Shown: in pieces, positions 38,903 to 52,325 of the stretch
How positions within the stretch are numbered: position 1 is the first letter of the stretch
Layout of the letters: every line of letters starts with the position of its first letter
Source: Octopus sinensis
Taxonomy: Eukaryota
Length of the DNA: 64,000 nucleotides
Assembly (NCBI RefSeq): GCF_006345805.1
Contig: NC_043005.1
Location: 67,146,001 to 67,210,000 of the forward strand
Direction: 5' to 3'
The notes under the pieces: model-generated
What the model was told of the DNA's origin: nothing
Seen by the model: only the letters and a program-made list of their open reading frames with translations
Database searches by the model: none
Position numbers and translations under genes: made by a program

Positions 38903-39359
38903 TAATATCATAGTTTCGGTTTACAATAACTTACCGACAAAATATGAAATGCACATAAACATCTCTAACTGCTAAACGTTCCGAATGCAAAAATCAAACA
39001 TTTTTACGATTGCAAGAACTAACCGAATTTCTAAAACACTACTCAAAATATTCAATGCAAATTCAACTATTTGTATCTGAACATATTTTGTGAAGGCCAA
39101 ATCTCCCAGTGGCCTTTTTGAATCGAACACTGCGTTAGACTTTGCGGAACCTAAATGTGATGAAAAAGATTTGCAAAGAATTGTATTTCCACTAGCTAGT
39201 TCTATTTTAGCTATTTCTATTTAACGAGCCATTTTGTATTCATTCTACTTCCACAGTCTAGATACATGAATTGTTTTTAATGAGACGTCTATTTTACTTC
39301 ACTTCAAATATCTACCTTTTCGTTAATTTTTATTTAAATCTCGTTCTATATTTGCGGTG

Positions 39360-39755
39360 AATGAACGAGCTGGCAGTCATTGGATGAAAGAAATGCTTCG
39401 TGGTATTTCTCCTGCCACTACGTTCTGAGTTCAAATTCCACCGAGATCAACTTTACCTTTCATCTTTTCGGAGTCGATTAAATAAATAGCAGTTACGCAC
39501 TGGGGTCGATATAATCGATTTAATCAGTTTTTCTGTCCTTGTTTGTCCTCTCTGTGTTTAGCCCCTTGTGGGTAGTAAAAAATAGGTATTTCGCTCGTCG
39601 CTACGTCTGAGTTCAAATTCCGCCGAGGTCGACTTTATCTTTCATCCTTCCCTAGTCGATAAATTAAGTACCAGTGAAATTCCGGGGTTGATGTAATCGT
39701 CTAGTCCCCCCATACACACACAACGCTTCGGGCATTGTGCCCATAATAGAAAGGA
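39360..39755 (+). mobile_element. Major SINE with a duplicated internal unit
   Basis: Homologous to 17635-18208 and 56240-56440. Confidence 0.85.
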
Positions 39756-40047
39756 TTATTCATATCATAGTTGTAGAAGTTCAAAATCTCAAGATTGTTA
39801 TATAATAGCGGCACGGTATGCCATGACTTACTTATATTTGTTTACAATTTTGTGGGTAAGCGGTACCATGATAAGGTTAAGACGTGTTGACACTCGAACA
39901 TTTCAATAACTTTGTATCTAGTGAAAATATAGGACTTCCAAAAATAACTCAATTATGTCTCATAAAGGTTCGTTTTATTGATCATTGCGTGTGTGTGTTT
40001 GTGCGTGTCTGTACATAGACACACACACACACACACACAAACGCAAA

Positions 40048-40125
<78 letters not shown>

Positions 40126-40177
40126 TATAAACAACTCTTCTAAACGATTCCGCTACGTATGGTAAACCCATTCTAAA

Positions 40178-40220
<43 letters not shown>

Positions 40221-40833
40221 CGTCGAGGAAATACATTATACATTTTGTATGCATTCCGGAAATCTATAGATGTCGATGTTGTTCAATTATAACACAGAAT
40301 ATAAAATTCCCATGCGTGATGTTACATTCTCTATATTTTTTTAACAATATTAGATTCCATGGCAATATAAGCTATTGTGCCCAACTATGCAAATTTACTC
40401 AAGTCGCACATAATGTGAAACCTAATAGGCATTTCTCAAATAGAATATCTAGTAGTATTGGTGTAGGCGTTTCGATATGTATATTAGTTTTATGCGGACT
40501 ACGATAATTTTAATCGAAGCAAAATTAAATACAAAATGGCGTCCCATAAATTTATTCAAAAGTTGTTTCAAAGATCGATTTATAACATGATATTCAGTTT
40601 CGAAACCTATCGGCTTACCAGCTAATAATGTAATTCGCCTATAGATGTCAGGTTAACTTTTCAAACTGAAGGTATGTATAAATTCAAGTGTATGGCTACA
40701 CACACACACATGTACGCGCGCATATATATATACCAACAATTGAGGGTAAAATTAATTAATTAATCAATTTCACCAAGTGTTCAGTATGTAAAAGTGTTCA
40801 GTATGTAATATTTTGAAATGTAATATTTTGAAT

Positions 40834-40839
<6 letters not shown>

Positions 40840-40902
<63 letters not shown>

Positions 40903-40911
40903 CTATATCTA

Positions 40912-41004
<93 letters not shown>

Positions 41005-41030
41005 CTCTATATATATATAAACATATATAT
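40840..41030. repeat. (TA)n/(TATC)n microsatellite
   Basis: Direct reading. Confidence 0.95.
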
Positions 41031-41060
41031 ACGAGAAAAAAGCAACAAGAATGGATTAGT

Positions 41061-41151
41061 TTTTAGTACAATTGTTTCATACAAAGACAGGCTTTATTAC
41101 AAGTTGCAAAAATTGCAGCAGATAAAAGTGTCCCGTACTCATCAGCTAAAA
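41061..41151 (-). ncRNA. Type I hammerhead (sense to the PLE)
   Basis: TTTTAG-CTGATGA-GTACGGGAC..GTCTTTGTAT-GAAAC-AATT-GTA-CTAAAA. Confidence 0.8.
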
Positions 41152-41599
41152 TACATATGAGTTCTCCAAACATCTTAGTGGGTGAGGCTATACTCATGAA
41201 GTATTGGAGATAATTTCATTAAAGGCAGATTTAGGTTGCAAACAGATTTCCAAAGTTCCTTAATGATGATGCACAGTCTTATCACAGATTCTTAAAAGCT
41301 TATTAGTTTCACAGAGAAGATGAATTAATCCGTAGTGTAGATTTAAATTTCCAGAGATATGAGGAGGATGATGCACAGACTTATCACAGGTTTTTAAAAG
41401 CTTATTAGCTTCACAGAAAAGGTGAATTAATCCGTAGTGTAGATTTAAATTTCCAGAGATATGAGGAGGAATTTCATACTCACAGACGATGAATTTATCC
41501 ATTGTTAATCCACAATCATTTCATGCTATATGATAAGGTATTTGTCACATTACTGTTCTCCACGCAAAACTGCTATGTTATGATTTCTAAAAGCTGAAG

Positions 41600-41785
41600 G
41601 AATTTTTTTGTGGAGTAAAGAAAAGAAAAGAAAAAGAAAAGAGACAAGGAAAAAAGAAAAAGAAAAAGGAAGGGAAGAAGAAAAATGAAAAGAAAAAGAA
41701 AAAAGAAACAAGAAAAAAGAGAAACGGGGAGAAGAAAAGAAAAAGAAAAAGAAAAAAGGGAAAGAAGGGAGAAAAGAAAAGACGT
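41600..41785. repeat. Purine-rich (GAAAA-type) low-complexity tract
   Basis: Direct reading. Confidence 0.9.
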
Positions 41786-42551
41786 CTATATAGAGTATAC
41801 TGTGACAACTTAGAGGGAAGGGGATTCTAAAGTGACCAACTACAGAAGAATTTGTAGACGGCCTGGTTAGCTTGAATCTGTAAGAATCTAGGAACTATGA
41901 GGAGAAAATTATTTTTGACCAGTAAAACAGATATTTACTACCAACCTGACGTAGATGAAAGCAGATATGTATCTAAAGAGAATCTAAAGAGATAACAAGG
42001 TCAGGGGTAGAGGGGTCAAAAGCTATCGTCAAAAGGAAATACATTAAGGGAAAAGATCTAAGTGCAACCCTAACAAGAGGTCATTTAAATTTATTTATTT
42101 ATTTATTCTTGTTACTGTCTTAAAATTGTTGCCGTTACTATCTATATACATTGACAGACTACCGGTCAAAACTTAGAATTTAGTTAACAAGGTGTGATGG
42201 AATTGTCTATTATATTGAAGTTTCTCATACTACTTTCAAGGGAGTATCCTTACTTATTTAATTTTGTAATAGAATTGTTAAGCCTTAGTAACTTATTTTA
42301 TTAAAGTTGTGTTACCTAAATTAGATTAAGTTCAAAATTAAAAATTAAGATTTAAGAAATAAATAAACCCTCATTTAAGCAACGTACGAGTACTATTTAT
42401 TTCCCAATGCTCAAAATCAGGTGCAGTTATAAAGAAAAAGATAACTATAGTGTGAGAACTCGCAGTTATCTACTTAAAAAGTAATGCTATACTAGTAAAA
42501 ACCCAGCTATATTTATCTATCTATCTTGTTACGAATATTCTATACAGTTAT

Positions 42552-42915
42552 TCATTTAAAATATTTTAGAGTCTTCAATTTAGCGTGGACACAAACTTGT
42601 CCTACTTCAATATGGTTATTTAACAAGCCTCTATTTTTCTATGCCTTCGAATTTCATAGGTCTCCATCGAGCAGAGTTGGCAACCAACCCTGTTATTTTT
42701 ATACGGCATTGCTCTCCTAACTATTTCCCAATTAAGGTTATAATTCCTGTTATTATTTTTGAGTTCCCAGATCTTACTTGAAAGTGTGGTGGTACCAGCT
42801 TTATGACGTAATCTAAAAGATGAGACGTGATTTCTAACTCTTTTATTAAAATTTATCGTACAACCAATGTAAAAAAATTGTTATTCTCAGTAGATATGGT
42901 ACATTTATAGATTAC
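42552..42915 (-). pseudogene. GIY-YIG endonuclease domain, Naiad-type (absent from the ORF track)
   Basis: VIYKCTIS..(fs)YIGCT.NFNKRVRNHVSSFR...TTLSSKIWELK...NWEIVRRAMPY....CQLCSMETYEI..(fs)LLNNHIEVGQVCVH. Confidence 0.9.
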
Positions 42916-43021
42916 ATTATTTGGAAATCTGTTTGCAACCTAAATCTGCCTTTAATGAAATATCTCCAATACTTCATGAGTATAGCCTCACCCACTAAGA
43001 TATTTGGAGAACTCATATGTA

Positions 43022-43112
43022 TTTTAGCTGATGAGTACGGGACACTTTTATCTGCTGCAATTTTTGCAACTTGTAATAAAGCCTGTCTTTGTATGAAACA
43101 ATTGTACTAAAA
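43022..43112 (+). ncRNA. Type I hammerhead (inverted copy)
   Basis: Same sequence as 41061-41151 on the plus strand; predicted cleavage 3' of A43106. Confidence 0.8.
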
Positions 43113-43316
43113 ACTAATCCATTCTTGTTGCTTTTTTCTCGTTTATAATCACTCCACATTACTGTATGGTTAACACCATATAGTTTTTCTGGTGCATCTA
43201 AGTTAAGTACCACATTCAAATAAATTCATTGGAATTGACTTGAATCTTAATTGCTTTAAACATATATATATACACACACATATATATATATATATATATA
43301 CATATACACACACACG

Positions 43317-43360
<44 letters not shown>

Positions 43361-43362
<2 letters not shown>

Positions 43363-43594
43363 AAGGGTAAAGACCCCCTTCGGTCATGAAGGACCATTGG
43401 ATTGCACCTAGAAAGTTACCCTCCTAGACACAAGTCCGGGCAATGTTGTTTATGGAAGGCCAGCAGTCGCCCATGCATACAAGCCTCCCCTCTCAACGCC
43501 ACCAGTGTTATCCAAGGGAAAGACAAAGGTCGATACATTTTGGCTCTAGTGACGTCGAACTCATTTCTACAGCTGAGTGAACTGGAGCAACGTG

Positions 43595-43600
<6 letters not shown>
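43361..43600 (+). mobile_element. SINE-like repeat between (TA)n tracts
   Basis: Ends in gctgagtgaactggagcaacgtgaaat, shared with ~11780-11810 and ~6140-6170. Confidence 0.6.
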
Positions 43601-43640
<40 letters not shown>

Positions 43641-43646
<6 letters not shown>

Positions 43647-44024
43647 AAATGAGGGTGTCTAAAAGACACCAACATGCCGAAATAGCAGTCGAAACTCTGA
43701 CTATAAAACCACGTTAAATGTTCATATCGCACCATGAGGTAAAGTATGTATGTACGACGCTCGTATATGTAAGTATATCGTTTGCTGTGCATATATATAT
43801 CTGTATTTATGTACCCTTGATATATTCAATTGATGACGGTAAAGCTTATCTAAAGCAGAACCAGAAATCCTTGGATCTTGAATTATTCAATAATTTTTGC
43901 TTGTATGTTTTGTCCCTCCGCTTTACCTCATGGTGCGATATGAACATTTAACGTGGTTTTATAGTCAGAGTTTCGACTGCTATTTCGGCATGTTGGTGTC
44001 TTTTAGACACCCTCATTTTTAATT
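43641..44024. repeat. Perfect 104-bp inverted repeat (43641-43744 / 43921-44024) with a 176-bp spacer
   Basis: Arms read as exact reverse complements. Confidence 0.95.
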
Positions 44025-44117
44025 GTTAAAAAGTGTTTTACCTTTGTAAGGTCTTTCTTTCATGCTGGCCACTTGATAATTTCGACACTTAAATATCGAT
44101 ATTATCCTCATATATAA

Positions 44118-44182
<65 letters not shown>

Positions 44183-45004
44183 ACATATACATACACCAAC
44201 ACATACAGAGACATGCGCGCACACATGGAAACACATGCATATTAACATATTATTTACTGAGTCTGATGGATGGCAAGGTACTCTTGACTTTTACTAACAA
44301 TGCTAGTCCCCATGCCGTTAATATACACTTGCAAATTCAATACCTTCAGAAAGATCAAGATAAGAATTCCTGAGTGCAGATATTCTGAGAAGGAAAGGGT
44401 GGATTCAATGATAATTATGTAACCCAAGACAAAATGTTAGGCTTCGTAATGATCCCAACCATTATAATAGCAGAGAGAGAGATGAGAAATGACAGTGTGT
44501 TAATAGGCCAGCCGGGTAAGCAGTCGGAGCATATCAGTGGCGGTTTGGTGTCTAAGTTTTTGCGTGTGAGGCATCCACACATTCGTACATAAGGAAGCAA
44601 TAGTGTCTTATGAGTCGCACCTGAGGTTTGTAGAGAGACAAGGATCCTTAGGAGTTGACGCAGCTTCTCAAAATCGATTGATAGGGATGCTGTCGTATTT
44701 ATATTAAGGATTTTCTTGTGTCAACAGAGATCTTCAGTCATAATGCGACTCACTATGTGGAGCAATTATGACGGCCGCAGATGAATGTGGTTCAAGATTT
44801 AGGGTGATCAGTCATCGAGTAGTTTTTATTCACTTGCAACATATATATTTTTTTACTACTGAGACAAAAGTTAACATATACCTTTTCCATAAATACTTAC
44901 ATCATTAAGTGAGTTTCTATACGGCTTGTAACAGTTGTCACTCTAGCATGTTTCTATTGTTTATACGGCTGAAACTCCCTCTCTCCACCTCTCTCTTCCT
45001 ATTG

Positions 45005-45180
<176 letters not shown>

Positions 45181-45561
45181 TTAAAGGTTTAGCAACAAGT
45201 TGCTTCACCACATACCGAAAATTTAGAAATACCATCCAAAGACAGCTAATTCCTTTTCACTACAGATATGACTCCACAGATAGCAATATTTGTAATTCAC
45301 ATAAGCAAAAAGAGGAAAAAAACAACGGAATAAAACAGTCTTCGATTTTTTCCATACCACAACTACTTCACAAAATATATTAATTATTAAATTAATCATT
45401 CTTTACCCTATATCTGTAATAATTATATATATATATTGTTGTGTCTGTGAGAGTCATTCTGTTTTAATGTTTTATTAATTGATACACTCACTGGTTCAAT
45501 TTCTACTCATTATTTTTCTACTAAAATTTTCGGTGCTTTTTGCAACCTCTTCAATAGTTGT

Positions 45562-45605
<44 letters not shown>

Positions 45606-45657
45606 CAATGGGTATGTTCTTTCTTTTTAGTGCTTCCAAATCCAAAATAAGAAATGA

Positions 45658-45716
45658 TGAGCTGACGAAAGAAATGCTGAGTTTATTTGGCTAATCTAGA
45701 AACGTTAACGTTCTCA
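45658..45716 (+). ncRNA. Hammerhead-like motif with weak stem II
   Basis: TGAG-CTGACGA-..AGA..TCT..-GAAAC-GTTAAC-GTT-CTCA. Confidence 0.45.
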
Positions 45717-45890
45717 AATAATCTTTGTACTTGTGATATTTTTCTGTTTTTACCTCCGTGAGTTATTTTGAGTAAACATTATCTGAGAGAAATTTTCTTT
45801 AAGTAGTGGAAATGGCTAAAAAACTCTTTGGGCTGCTATTTCTAGAAAGTTCAGTATGTGGCAAAGTAATTTATTTTACTAAGCCCTAAT

Positions 45891-45945
<55 letters not shown>

Positions 45946-46552
45946 AAAAACGTCCGTGTATGTGTCTGTCCATTTAATGTGTTCGAATTTCACTGAGGCC
46001 TACTTTGAATTTCATCCTTTTGGGGTGATAAATCAAGTACCATTTGAGCATTGGGGTCTGTGTAATCGACTTGTCACATACTCTCAAATTCCAAACAGGA
46101 TTATTATTATCATTATTTCTATCATTATCATCATCATCATCATCATCATCATCATTTCGTGTGTGTATATACATACATGCATAACGTCAATTCCACATCT
46201 TTGATCTTTGTTAGCCTGATAATATTATCTTATTGCAAGTATATACACATAGGAATATGCGAGCTTATGCAACGATTACAAATATTATCAGGTTTAATCT
46301 AAAAGATTACCGAGAGGTTTATAGAGGAATGGATAATTACAGAATAGAACTGTTCCTATTGAAAACATACTGAAGGCTGGTAGCAGGAGTGCGACTGAAA
46401 ATATATCCCATCCCTTCATGTCGACTAGATAAACACTATGCACAATCGCAAAGCCAAGAAGAAAGGCTGCGTACACTTATATTCAAATCATCATTATACG
46501 ATATAGTGCACAAAAATATCTAATCATTGATATAGTTGCACCTTCGGAGATA

Positions 46553-46900
46553 TCTATTATATAAAATCCGTTCTGTCTGTCTGTGTGTGGGTCTTCTAGG
46601 ATTTCGAGCATCCTCCATACGATTGGGCTCCAATTTGATATGTAGATACCGACGGTATCAGGGCGTGTATAAGTCTTGCAAAAATTACAAAAAATCGATT
46701 CCAGGTGAGAAAGCGATCGATAAAGCCGTTTTTGTCCTGCTTTTCTTCCGTCAACCTGTACATAACTGCACCTTCCATTTTTTGTTGTTTTTGTGCTGCT
46801 TAAAGGCACGTTTCTTTCCTGCCAAGCTTACTGTTTAAACCATGTTTTTGTTCTCCCAGTCAACAGCCTTATCATTACTGGTAATTTAAACTCTTCGGTT
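46553..46900 (+). mobile_element. Possible non-autonomous Helitron 5' part
   Basis: A|TCTATTATATAAAATCCGTTCTGTCTGTCTGT resembles Helitron-N 5' ends. No CTRR 3' end was located, so the right boundary is uncertain. Confidence 0.4.
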
Positions 46901-48404
46901 GCATATTTGTGTGAATAAAATCGATTTTCTTTGGAATAGAAAAATGTCTATCTTTATTTCTTCTTTTGTTGGTCTCAAATTTAGGTTAAATCAGTGTTTC
47001 TCAAAGGGGAGGCCTATAGGACGGCCGGACAAGTTGTTTTGAGAAACTTTCGTTTAAATATTTGACAACTCAGCGCCGTCCATTGGACAGGAGCTTTTTG
47101 CTCGTGCTTATATATAGACACATTTGAAAATAGCATGTCGATTTGCGTGTGGTTTGTAGCTCAATGAAGTCACACTAGATCTCAATACTGATTCTTAGCT
47201 TCTTCTATCCATGTCCTAGCCTTTATGTAGCAACTAGAAAATTATTTTCGAGTAAATTATGTGTATGCTTGTTGTATGTGTCTGTGTGAATACAATGCAT
47301 AACAGAAATAAGTCCGACACAACAATATTTTTATACTTGTTAGTTTCTTGGAAACATGGCATCTCCAAGAAACTACATAAACAATTTGTGCTTTTTAATG
47401 TATATATTTTTGTTTTGATATGGTCTCTCTTTTAATACTAAGAAATATGTAAATACATTCATCCGTTCCCATAGATACAAACACACACGCATACATGCAC
47501 ATACGTCCATACGTACATATATACAACACAGTTTGTGTGATTGTCTGTGTACGTATGTAAGAGGTATATGTAAGTTTGTATATTCGAACAAAAGCATACG
47601 CACAAACACACACACACATACACACGCATGCAAATCTATCTATCTTTTGTGTGGGGGTGGGTGAACAGATATCGATCATATATGTTAAAAACAAACCTCT
47701 TAAAATATCGAAAGAAATAAATAAAAATACCTTCTCCCATGAAAATCTAAATAGACATTGTTTTGCTTCGAGCCAAACGCCACAATCATTATACCATGTT
47801 ACGATGTAAATTTTATGGAAATATATACATTGTATATACTCCTGTACACATCAAATACATAAGTGCATAAATGCATAAATAATAATATTCTCTGCTGTTT
47901 CTCAAGAATCTAATATTTTCAGTCCTATTTATTACCAGAAGATACACACAACTTTGAAAATAATATTGTATGACACAGCTTGCAGACACTTTAAAATAAA
48001 TGGAATTGAAATTGCAAACATTCTGCATAGCTATTTCTAGAAGAAAACTTTGTTTTTCTATTTCTAACATAAGTATTATTTAATTCACTACAATCTCTGG
48101 TTTGAAACAATTATCTTTAAATGGTTTATTATATTTTTTTCAATTGCTTTTTTTAATCGGCTGTGAAACACTTCACTCAGGTGAATTTTTACTTTGGTAG
48201 GATAAACTCCAAAGTTTGGTCTTTTAAAACAGCTATTCCCTTAGAAATATATTTTTGTCTCAAATGGAAATATATTACGTCAATTTTTTTCATAAATTAA
48301 GCGAATTTTAAGGAGGAAAAGATATTCTTATTTATTATATTCTTTATGGAAATGAAAGAAGCAACTTCCAAAATCGCTAAATAGCCATTAAAAAATTTCA
48401 CGCA

Positions 48405-48805
48405 CGACATAACAGTCGGTGTTTCTTCTTTGAACGATGGTTTAAGCACTCACCTATAATAAGCCTCCTTATGAGATCTCAAAGTCTCTCGTGGAAGCCT
48501 CATCCAACCAAAGTAAAAATATATGGGAAAATACCACCTGTATCATCTCTTGTGAAAGGTAGAAGAGACCAGTTTGCTGGACGTTGTTGTAGAACTGAAA
48601 ACGAGGTAATTTCTACTCTTTTCCTCTGGAAGCCTTCTGCTCGCGATACCAGAGGGCGCACACTCTAGCCCTAACCCTAACCCTGTTGTAATCTCAAGGG
48701 GTACAGGCATCCAGCAACAGGACCTCTGCAATGCTACGATGGACCGTAAAGTCTGACGTAACATAGTAAAATCCATTGTCTCGACCACGGTCGAACAATG
48801 ATGGC
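48405..48805 (+). pseudogene. RTE/RTE-X-like LINE 3' fragment
   Basis: SWK.HPTK.KIYGKIPPVSSLVKGRRDQFAGRC.R.E.EVISTL.LWKP..RGR, then TGI..QDL.NA.MDR. Confidence 0.8.
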
Positions 48806-49479
48806 GATAATAAGCATGATTGGATGCTAAAATACTAAAACTAGTTCATAGCGAAGGCCAAATTGAAAACATTTTCACAACACACACGTGCGCAATTGCA
48901 CAAAACGCATGGAAGCACACACACACACACACACACACATTCACTGTTTATAAAGAAAATATCTCTCAGGTGAAAGTTTTCGCTGCGAAGATCTTTTAAG
49001 TCTTTCAGTATACCCAACATGTAGAACATAATTCTGCTACCAATGTTTTAATTATTGTTGTTTAATGTGCCTGTAGAAATCTTTCCACAATTTAGTAAGT
49101 GTTTTATTTCTTGTTTAAATATAACAACACTGGTTCATAATGGGCTACGAAAACCAGATATGGCGTCTGGATCTGATGAAGTGTGACAACGCAGAAACAC
49201 TTGTCCGATGCTCTGGAGACACCATTAATAGCCCAGTAGTGTGTTTTTCATGCACATTCTTTATAATGATAATTGCTCTTCAGAGAATATTTTCGCAGTG
49301 GATTCATTATACATTTGAGTGTACGCGAACTTGTAAATTATAATTGCACACACACACACACACACACACACGCAAAACAGCAACAACAACAACAACAAAA
49401 ACAACAGCAACAAAAACGACAACAAACAAACACACACAACATTATGGTCAACGACAACAGCAAGAAAAAAACACACACA

Positions 49480-49870
49480 CACAAATACCTAAGTTTGTGT
49501 GTGTGCCAATTACGATGACTTTGTACATGGGCCAAAAACGGATTTATAAATAGCTTAGATGCTACGAAGATGTCTGGAGCACACCAGAGTTTTCAGTCAG
49601 GTGATTCGGATGAATGACATTAGTCGACTTAGCTATTACTGTGTCCTTCCCTACTTCAAAGAAATAATCTCCAGATACCTTGCACGGGTGCAGTTGCATT
49701 TCCAGAGGGCTCATTTTTGGAAATCGATTACAAGACCTGGAGAAGTTAATCGTAACTAGCTACGTAATTCCCCCTATTCTGACCGTTATACGGGTGGACT
49801 CCCTAATAAAAGCTGCTCATAACGAAGAGCAAAGATCGAGAATGGAGTCAGTCAGTCAACGACATTGAAT
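49480..49870 (+). pseudogene. Older RTE-like LINE 3' fragment
   Basis: Degenerate MLRR.L and AGHC/WKP..G/RP..TY.D.L-like segments similar to 48405-48805. Confidence 0.5.
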
Positions 49871-52082
49871 AAGGAGATTCATAGATGCTCTCACAATGCA
49901 GCCAAGACATACAGGATGGCGAACGGGTGCTAACTTCGCTTAAATATACGGTAACATGAGTTACATTTCAGTTTTCGCCTGAAATCTCCCGGAACAAGGT
50001 AAACAGGAACGGCATACTGACGAACAGGATCAAAATGCAAGCACAAGCGGAGGCTATTATGTCCTTGTATAATACCATCTTCATTACTCCTTTAATTTTC
50101 TCCCTCTTAACTCAGTATGACTGAAACTTTGATGATATTTATTATTCGTCAATCACTACGAACACTAATGAACTTTGTACATTTAAATAAGTTGATGCAC
50201 ACTGAAACTTGTTTTGTATATATGTAAATATATTTACTTTAAACAATTACATGTTTTTGAAATTTAGGTGCATTTTCAACAACAAAGTTGCCTACATAAA
50301 TATAATCAAAATTAAGACGAATGTATACTTCAGATAAGCATTACATGCGTTTCAATACTGTTTATTTCGAAATGCAAGCACAACTGCATAACCTAATAGG
50401 TAACATTATGTAATTTCATATTATTTCACAAACACCATTTCTTCAGGTGATATTTAGTATATTACACATGTGAAAAATCACCTGAATATATGGAATATCA
50501 TCTACATATAAACTATATATACGTAAATATAGTTTATATACAGCATGAATGCTGAAAATCCCAATTTGAGTTAAGTGTAAGATCGCGAGCTCAAATTGTG
50601 ACATACTTTTCTCAGTACTCATATTTCATCAATTGTCTAATTTGCTGCCTGACAAAATTTGTTCATACATCTTGAAGAAATCTCTTCATATACCACATAT
50701 TCATGCTTTACATATAACGCTAGCGGAAAATAACTTTTACGCATCTATGATAGAAAGTAATTCGATGTATTTTTATTTTAAATTCGATAAAAGAAAATCT
50801 ATAAATTCAGGATCAGTTAATACTACGACTGCTACTCCACATCCATAGAAAATATCGACAGATTTTAAAGTTATATGAAATACACATACTTGTGTGTGTG
50901 CGTGTGTGTGTGTGTGAGTGTGTGTGTGTGTGCATGTGTGTGTGAGTGTGTGTGTGTGTGAGTGTGTGTGTGTGTGTGTGCGTGCGCGCACGCGGTACAC
51001 GTGTGCGTATGTGTGTGTATGATCTTATTAAAAATTAATACAGAAGCTATCGTTTCAACTCCAGTTGCTCACCGTGCATATAACGATTTGTTATTGATTG
51101 GCAGATATCATCACAGATCAACGAACAAGTTGTTCGTTGAAATTGTAAACAAGACCATTGGTTCTTGTTTAAAATCATTGGTCTGAATTCTTCTGGTTGA
51201 CACGGGGCACAATATTGAAACAAGAGTATTCCAGAGTTCTTTGTAATAATGAATCGAAAGTGTTATCAACGGGTAGTCGTCGCAAAGGAGAGGTTGTTCA
51301 CGTGGCACGAACAGGGCAACGGTATGCATCCTTGTGTTTGAATCTCCCAGAACATATCAAGAATGGATATGCAAGCTATCATTTCGCATCCATGTATATT
51401 ACACACACATACAGACATACGTCTCACACGTAAACGCACGCACACATACATATATATATATAATATATATATATATATATGAATTTATGTATGCATGTAT
51501 GTATAAATATTCTGTGCGTGTATGTGTTTCGTATGTATATGTATGTATATATATGTATGTGTGTTTGTGTGTGTTTCTTAAGTATGTATTTATTGCTTCT
51601 CTTAAACCAGCCTTGAACAACCTATTTTGTCAATAAAATATCCATTAAAAATTACTGCTTGAACAGTATATATATCTTCTCACATGCTGTAAGTAGTTGA
51701 AGAAAAGGTTTCACAGGCGCAAATAGCTCAGACACCATTGTTTTCTTCCTACTCTGTCAATATTCGACAAATATTTTCAAATTATCATTCTATGAGAGAC
51801 TCCGGTTCACTCATAATTACGTTCTTAATATTTCTGATGTAAATATATGAATGACCTCTGATAGAATAAATACATGAACATATTTACTTTATTATTATCA
51901 CAACAGTTTGGCTTTGTGTAAGAAGTTTCTTTCAGCTTCATACTGTTACATCTCAGAAATATGTAACAGCATAGGGTAAAATATGTGATTATTATGAAAA
52001 GTTGATAGTAAGGAATAACTAACATAAGTGTGTATTCATAATTAAAGATGGTACATAAATATATGTATGTATATATATCACA

Positions 52083-52152
52083 ATTATTCAATAGTCAAGA
52101 TAAAACTCTGAGTTTCGGATGCCGAGGTGGAAATCCACAACACCATCTCTTC
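52083..52152 (-). repeat. Truncated copy of the 8900-8977 HHR family, broken at the CUGAAGA core
   Basis: Near-identical to 8892-8960. Confidence 0.85.
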
Positions 52153-52244
52153 TTTGGACTTTATATATATATGTACACACACCTATAAAGATATATATGT
52201 ATTCATATGCACCCATAAACGCACACACACACACACATACACAC

Positions 52245-52249
52245 ACATG

Positions 52250-52324
<75 letters not shown>

Positions 52325-52325
52325 C
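52245..52325. repeat. (GATA)n microsatellite
   Basis: Direct reading. Confidence 0.95.

Larger units (their letters stand above)
41031..43142 (-). mobile_element. 5'-truncated Naiad-like PLE with inverted terminal repeat (arms 41031-41253 and 42921-43142)
   Basis: Arms of ~222 bp differ at only 2 positions by eye. The endonuclease remnant abuts the right arm, and each arm contains an HHR. Confidence 0.85.

Noticed and set aside
44250-44380. Possible pogo/Tigger DDE fragment (VLLTFTNNASPH..)
   Set aside because: Single weak motif with no supporting downstream QPxD motif.
46993-47050. Mini hAT-like inverted ends (gtttctcaaa..tttgagaaac)
   Set aside because: Only ~60 bp and no 8-bp TSD recognised.
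49160-49205. CTGATGA-A-GTGT-gaca-ACGC-A-GAAAC-ACTT-GTC
   Set aside because: Both core halves are present, but stem I does not pair and stem II is offset by extra A residues; may be chance or very decayed.
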